Shown here: piece after piece, positions 59,315 through 64,000 of the stretch | Numbering within the stretch: position 1 is the stretch's first letter | How the letters are laid out: every line of letters begins with the position of its first letter | NCBI GenBank assembly: GCA_965660445.1 | Contig: CBFIAK010000001.1 | Location: 64,001 to 128,000 of the forward strand | Length of the DNA stretch: 64,000 nt | Reading direction: 5' to 3' | Source: Patescibacteria group bacterium | GTDB taxonomy: Bacteria; Patescibacteriota; Gracilibacteria; UBA4473 | Translations under genes and position numbers: made by a program | Notes under the pieces: generated by a model | The model's input: only the letters and a program-made list of their open reading frames with translations | Told to the model about the DNA's origin: nothing | The model's database searches: none

Positions 59315-60326
59315 GGTTATTCCAAATGTTAGCAGTACGATAATCATACAGGTGTAGAATCTTCTGTTTCGCAGGCGTTTTATCTCTATTAAACCCAGCT
59401 ATTCGTGAACGAATTTTTTCAACATCTGGGGAATCTTCACGAGAAACTCCCAAGAATATATTCTTTACTGTTCCTTGTAATAGCCCATCCAAAATATGAT
59501 TATCATTATCTTTTAAGTAAGTCCCCAAAATCACTAAATCTCGATTCACTTCTTTTAAACACCTATAACAATGGTTTAGGTAACCATTATGGATTATTTT
59601 TGTCATTTTTTGAGAACTATCACCCTCTGAGATAAAAACGGGGTAAATCCCTGATGATAAACTATTTCGAACCTGTGTAATAAGCTCAATTCCAGAATTT
59701 TTATATGTTTTTTTAATGATTTGATCTCCTGCATCAAAAAGATGAAGAGCTCCATGAAGGTAGTGTACCTTGAAACTTCGTTTGTTTTTGTAAACAACAT
59801 ATCCTTCATGCTCACTATCTTCATCATTTCCAAATCCGTCCGTAAATTCTGTTTCTTCCGAAGAGGAGTGAATTACAGACCAATACAAGAGAAGGTCATA
59901 ATTCAAGGTAAAAATTTTATCAAAATTCCTCAAAAAAGTGACACATGAATCCTTCTTTTTGGCATCGATATCCGTAGAATTTGTTGGATGATTATTTGTA
60001 ATAATCGTTACCAAATATTCTTTAAGATTATCTGCATCATCCAACAACTGTTTTCTTAGGTTGGGATCTGCCTCATAAACATCAACTACTTTTTCTGTCT
60101 CATTTAATATTCTCATCACACTTTCAAAATCTGCAGTCTCAAGTTTTTGAAAAACCTTATAAACGTAGCTATCTTTTTCGATAATTTTATCCGCAACTGC
60201 AGACTCAAGAAGAGTTGTAAAAGAGAATCTCTCAGGTTCGTATGCCATACTAAAACCATTCCCCAGCAATACATGGGGATTGTTTGCTTGCTCAATAACT
60301 TGATCAAATGTGAGTAATGGGGTCAT
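59307..60326 (-). CDS. DUF4917-like / SIR2-fold protein
   Basis: LLGNGFS, FTLNYDLLLYW, DGF, YLHGALH, FISEG and ND.HI motifs. Confidence 0.7.
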   Translation of the reverse strand: MTPLLTFDQVIEQANNPHVLLGNGFSMAYEPERFSFTTLLESAVADKIIEKDSYVYKVFQKLETADFESVMRILNETEKVVDVYEADPNLRKQLLDDADNLKEYLVTIITNNHPTNSTDIDAKKKDSCVTFLRNFDKIFTLNYDLLLYWSVIHSSSEETEFTDGFGNDEDSEHEGYVVYKNKRSFKVHYLHGALHLFDAGDQIIKKTYKNSGIELITQVRNSLSSGIYPVFISEGDSSQKMTKIIHNGYLNHCYRCLKEVNRDLVILGTYLKDNDNHILDGLLQGTVKNIFLGVSREDSPDVEKIRSRIAGFNRDKTPAKQKILHLYDYRTANIWNNHE

Positions 60327-60331
60327 GAGTT

Positions 60332-62155
60332 TTAAAATTTCAGAGCTGCTAAAAGTTTTTTGATCCTTTCCTTTGATTCATCATCAAGTTCAATTTTTTC
60401 TGTGCTTACTTTTTGTAAAAATAACCGAGCCAACAGGACTTTGTCTTTCTTTTGTTTCGAAACATACGCGGAGCTTTTTGTCGTGTATTTTGCCTTCTCA
60501 TTCCCCAAAACAAATTTCTTGAAATCCTGAATACTGAGAATGTCCTCAATTGCATCGCCCTCTTCTCCTGTAACTGCTTTTATTAAATCAGGACTTACAT
60601 GAAATGATTCCAGCCTTTTTTCTCCCTGATCTTTTCCGCTGTCATTGTCGAAAAGATATAAAACTTCAGCTCCCCATCCTTCGAGAATTGTTCCTACAAA
60701 TCCCATATTTGGAGCACCGCCTCCGTTAATAAAGTTGATATTTGTTTTGCTTGATGAAAGTTTTTTAAAGGCTTGCAAATAAAATACATCTGCAGGGCCT
60801 TCAACTACCACGTTCTTTTTTTGATCGATATTTAGAATAGAGTCATTAACCCCCAAACCAATAGCTGTTAGCACCGGAGTGAGAGTTTCTTTACTTGCTT
60901 CATTGTGAGCGTGAATTTTTCCCAAAATTTTACTCCCTTCAACATTGTCTTTTTTCTCAACAAGCCGAACAGCTTCCAGGTTCTCCGGTTCGATCAAATA
61001 GGGAGAATGAGTAGAGAAAAGTACTGGATAATTAGATCCATGTTCTCTAAGGACTTTTAATAAATCTTTTTGTGCTTTTGCGTGCAGATACAATCCAGGT
61101 TCATCAATGAGTATTATATTTGGTTTCCCATCTCTTATACGTGCTACGATCTTAACGTAAAAACTCAAATACCATTGCTGCCCCTTGCTCCGTTGAGATG
61201 GATAGTATTGTTTATCGTTCTCAACAATCCAAAAATTAACTTTTTCTCCATCTCTCTTGACCTCTAGTTTTATGGCATCTTGGGTCCAGAATTGTTTGAA
61301 CTTGTCGGTAAAATCAATATTAACAGCCCGCTCGTGATTTCCTCTCTCTTGAATATTGGTAGATTTGATTTTCTTGATATCAACCTGGCTCACTTCCTGT
61401 AAATCTTTTGCCCACTCATCATTTTCAAGAGCAGAAACATCTATTGATTGTGGGAACTCATCTTCAAAAGATGAGAAAAGTATGAAATAAGGAAGCTTTG
61501 ATGAGACAAATTTTTCTATAAAGTCCGTACAAAGCTTTTCCCTTGCAAAATATTGATCTATTGCGTCAATGACTGCCTCAGCCTTTTCATTGAGACCGTT
61601 TTTTTCTTCTGCACTGAAACCATGTGCCTGAATGTTTGTCTGGAAGCTTTTAATTTCTGTTTTTAAGGCTTTGAATGTTTTCGTTTTATCTAGACTTGGG
61701 ATCGCCAAATTCACAGTGGATCCATCTACGATTTTTTTAAGTTGCCCTAATCCATTTAGGACAATTTTTTTCTGTGGAAAATATATTAACTCTAGTCCTA
61801 AGGCCTTTCGAGACTCTAAATCCAAAATGTATTTCTTTTCTCCATAAGATTTTCTTAGGGAAATTTCTGTCTTTTTTGAAACACTTGATTCAAATCCTAT
61901 TTCACCAAATATCTCATTAATTTCCTTACTTGTTAGACTAAATGTAACAGATATTTCAGGATCTTCTTCTGAGTTTATTGATTTTGCTTCTTCTCGTATT
62001 TCATTGTTTTCGTGAAAATCTTCCAACGCTTCAAGTATAGAAGTTTTCCCTGACTCATTTTTCCCCGCCAATATGGTAAGACCTTTACTAAAATAACAGT
62101 CATTTGAGTCAACAATAGATTTATAGTTTTTGATTCTGAATTTAATAACTTCCAT
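60332..62155 (-). CDS. OLD-family ATP-dependent endonuclease (ABC ATPase + TOPRIM)
   Basis: IKNYKSI, Walker A GKNESGKT, SQRSKG, Walker B ILIDEPGLYLH and STHSP. TOPRIM motifs VVEGPAD and FDND. Confidence 0.85.
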   Translation of the reverse strand: MEVIKFRIKNYKSIVDSNDCYFSKGLTILAGKNESGKTSILEALEDFHENNEIREEAKSINSEEDPEISVTFSLTSKEINEIFGEIGFESSVSKKTEISLRKSYGEKKYILDLESRKALGLELIYFPQKKIVLNGLGQLKKIVDGSTVNLAIPSLDKTKTFKALKTEIKSFQTNIQAHGFSAEEKNGLNEKAEAVIDAIDQYFAREKLCTDFIEKFVSSKLPYFILFSSFEDEFPQSIDVSALENDEWAKDLQEVSQVDIKKIKSTNIQERGNHERAVNIDFTDKFKQFWTQDAIKLEVKRDGEKVNFWIVENDKQYYPSQRSKGQQWYLSFYVKIVARIRDGKPNIILIDEPGLYLHAKAQKDLLKVLREHGSNYPVLFSTHSPYLIEPENLEAVRLVEKKDNVEGSKILGKIHAHNEASKETLTPVLTAIGLGVNDSILNIDQKKNVVVEGPADVFYLQAFKKLSSSKTNINFINGGGAPNMGFVGTILEGWGAEVLYLFDNDSGKDQGEKRLESFHVSPDLIKAVTGEEGDAIEDILSIQDFKKFVLGNEKAKYTTKSSAYVSKQKKDKVLLARLFLQKVSTEKIELDDESKERIKKLLAALKF

Positions 62156-62158
62156 AGT

Positions 62159-63670
62159 TTATTGAATATTAAGTTCTTTAAGATATTGAGCCATTTGCCC
62201 CTCTAGCTTCTCAATCTCTGGCTCAAGCTCCGCCAACTCCTTTAAATTCGCTGAAATATCGATCGCTTCCTCTTCCTCAAAGGTATCTACATATCTCGTA
62301 ATATTGAGATTGTAGTCATTTTCTTTGATCTCATTAGCTTGAACAATTCTAGAAAATTTATCGATTTCTTTTCGCTTGGCATAGGTTTCGTAAATCTTGT
62401 CCGAGTTCTCTTCCGAAAGTGTATTTTGTGCTTTTCCCGAAACAAATTCTTTGCTTGCCTCAATAAAGAGGATGTCTTTTTTGTCTTCATTTGCACCACC
62501 TACTTCACGTGAGCGATCAAGAATCAAAATCGCCACAGGAATACCTGTTGTCTGGAAAAGTCCTGCAGGCAGACCAATGACCGCATCAATGAGATTTTCC
62601 TCAAGTAGTTGCTGACGAATTTTCCTTTCAGCCCCTCCACGGAAAAGAACTCCATGGGGTACAATTACTGCCACACGCCCCGTTTTGGGTTTTACGGTTT
62701 CGATCATGTGCGTGATGAAGGCAAAGTCTCCCTTGTCTTTTGGTGGTACTCCGCGATGAAAACGATTGTATGGGTCTGAATCCGCATTTTCTGCCCCCCA
62801 CTTCTTTAAGCTGAAGGGCGGGTTTGCCACACAAACATCAAATTGCATCAATTGGTCATTTTCAACCAATTGTGGATTGTTCAGTGTGTCTCCCCATTCA
62901 ATTCGAGCAGAATCTTGGTTGTGCAAAAACATATTCATCCGAGCCAGCTGGAAAGTACTCCCTGTGGATTCTTGTCCATATAGGGCGTAATTTTTTGAAC
63001 CGTCGTTTTTTTCTACTTCTTCCCCCGTCATAAGAAGAAGTCCCCCAGACCCCATCGCAGGATCACATATCCTTGCCCCATCTTTTGGTTGTGCGAGTCG
63101 AGCAAGCAATTGGGCAACTGATTTCACGGTGAAAAATTCTCCCGCTTTTTTCCCTGCGTCCGCACCAAACTTTTCAATGAGGTACATGTACGAATTCCCG
63201 ATCACATCTTCATTAATTTTCGTAAGATCGATCTTGTGAAAATCATGAATGAGGTGCCGAAGCATTTTGTTCCGAGATTCTAATTTCCCGAGTCGACTTT
63301 CTGAATTGAAATCAAGCGAGGTCAAAAGTCCTTCCAGTTTTTCTTTATTGCTATCTTCAATCTTATGAAAGGCTTTATTGAGCTCTTGTCCGATACTGTC
63401 GGTTTCTATTTTTTGATAAATCTCATCAAAGGATGTCCCTTCTGGAAGATAAAAACGATCCATTTTCATTTTTTCTCGAATACGAGTTTCATCCGCCCCA
63501 TATCTTTCTTTATATTTTTCATGCTGAACCTTTGAAAGATCGCTCAAATACTTATAGAAAAGCATTGCGAGTACGTAGTCTTTGTAAACTCCCCCGTCCA
63601 ATGTCGTCCGAGACGAATCAGCCGCATTCCAGAGGATTTTGTTGAGATGTTCTTGGGTGATAGTGGTCAT
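62159..63670 (-). CDS. hsdM: Type I RM methyltransferase subunit M
   Basis: AGKKAGEFFT, DPAMGSGG, ANPPFS and PHGVLFRG motifs. Confidence 0.97.
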   Translation of the reverse strand: MTTITQEHLNKILWNAADSSRTTLDGGVYKDYVLAMLFYKYLSDLSKVQHEKYKERYGADETRIREKMKMDRFYLPEGTSFDEIYQKIETDSIGQELNKAFHKIEDSNKEKLEGLLTSLDFNSESRLGKLESRNKMLRHLIHDFHKIDLTKINEDVIGNSYMYLIEKFGADAGKKAGEFFTVKSVAQLLARLAQPKDGARICDPAMGSGGLLLMTGEEVEKNDGSKNYALYGQESTGSTFQLARMNMFLHNQDSARIEWGDTLNNPQLVENDQLMQFDVCVANPPFSLKKWGAENADSDPYNRFHRGVPPKDKGDFAFITHMIETVKPKTGRVAVIVPHGVLFRGGAERKIRQQLLEENLIDAVIGLPAGLFQTTGIPVAILILDRSREVGGANEDKKDILFIEASKEFVSGKAQNTLSEENSDKIYETYAKRKEIDKFSRIVQANEIKENDYNLNITRYVDTFEEEEAIDISANLKELAELEPEIEKLEGQMAQYLKELNIQ

Positions 63671-63673
63671 GGT

Positions 63674-64000
63674 TTAGGCGGTTATGAGTTTATTAATAGA
63701 GGCTTCAGCGATTTCTTGGTGAAGCTGAGATCGACGCTCATAGAGTTCTGAGCGTCGAAGATGGTTTTTGTATATATCTATAATATACTCCTGAGTTTTT
63801 ATATCAGGAATTGGGATTTCAATTTCCGTAAGAGAACTTTTTGGTAAAGAACGAATAGTTGCCCCACGACTAAAATTCTCCAACAGTGCTTGTCCTTTTT
63901 GTGAATTCAGGAAAATAGATAAATATTCAGGGATAATAGATTTTTGATCTTGAACCCGAATTATATAAACCGATGAAGCGGCAATAATATTCTTTTGATT
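63674..64000 (-). CDS. HsdS-like protein, 3' part (truncated by the window edge)
   Basis: Reads ..[17 protein letters not shown]....[13 protein letters not shown], a TRD-end/conserved helix pattern. Ends 3 bp before the hsdM start. Confidence 0.7.
   Translation of the reverse strand, partial: NQKNIIAASSVYIIRVQDQKSIIPEYLSIFLNSQKGQALLENFSRGATIRSLPKSSLTEIEIPIPDIKTQEYIIDIYKNHLRRSELYERRSQLHQEIAEASINKLITA

Noticed and set aside
60332-62155. Gabija system
   Set aside because: There is no adjacent GajB-like helicase. The UvrD-like gene at 32.5 kb is distant and in a housekeeping context.
1-64000. Alternative genetic code 25 (TGA=Gly), as in some Gracilibacteria/Absconditabacteria
   Set aside because: Long genes are intact under code 11, and TGA acts as a stop with ATGA coupling (20321-20324, 40731-40734).
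1-64000. CRISPR array or cas genes
   Set aside because: No regularly spaced direct repeats with unique spacers and no cas-like ORFs were seen.

Overview
AT-rich bacterial chromosome segment in standard genetic code 11 (TGA is used as a stop, with ATGA-coupled gene pairs). Gene content and style (dispersed VirB2/TrbC-like pilins, UvrD-nuclease fusion, few Shine-Dalgarno motifs) suggest a Patescibacteria/CPR organism; this is inference. The core (about 2.6-48 kb) is housekeeping: rpoB (no adjacent rpoC), recG, topA, tatD, hisS, mraY, uvrA, der, murE, trxB, ychF, gmk, ftsH, def, an S41 protease, a P-type ATPase, four tRNAs and a 6S-like RNA candidate. Three accessory regions stand out. (1) 1-2244 is an integron-like array next to tRNA-Ser. 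It has a short tyrosine recombinase lacking the IntI-specific insertion, an attI-like site and two single-gene cassettes whose start and end core sites are mutually complementary. The attC-like fold is atypical and the cassette genes have archaeal-style TATA boxes. (2) 48.2-49.3 kb is a small toxin-antitoxin-like islet at tRNA-Gln. (3) 53.5-64 kb is a type I restriction-modification operon with nested putative defence cargo: an OLD-type ABC-ATPase/TOPRIM nuclease plus a SIR2-like (DUF4917-like) gene, and an Abi-like HEPN RNase beside a divergently transcribed structured small RNA with a perfect sigma70 promoter.
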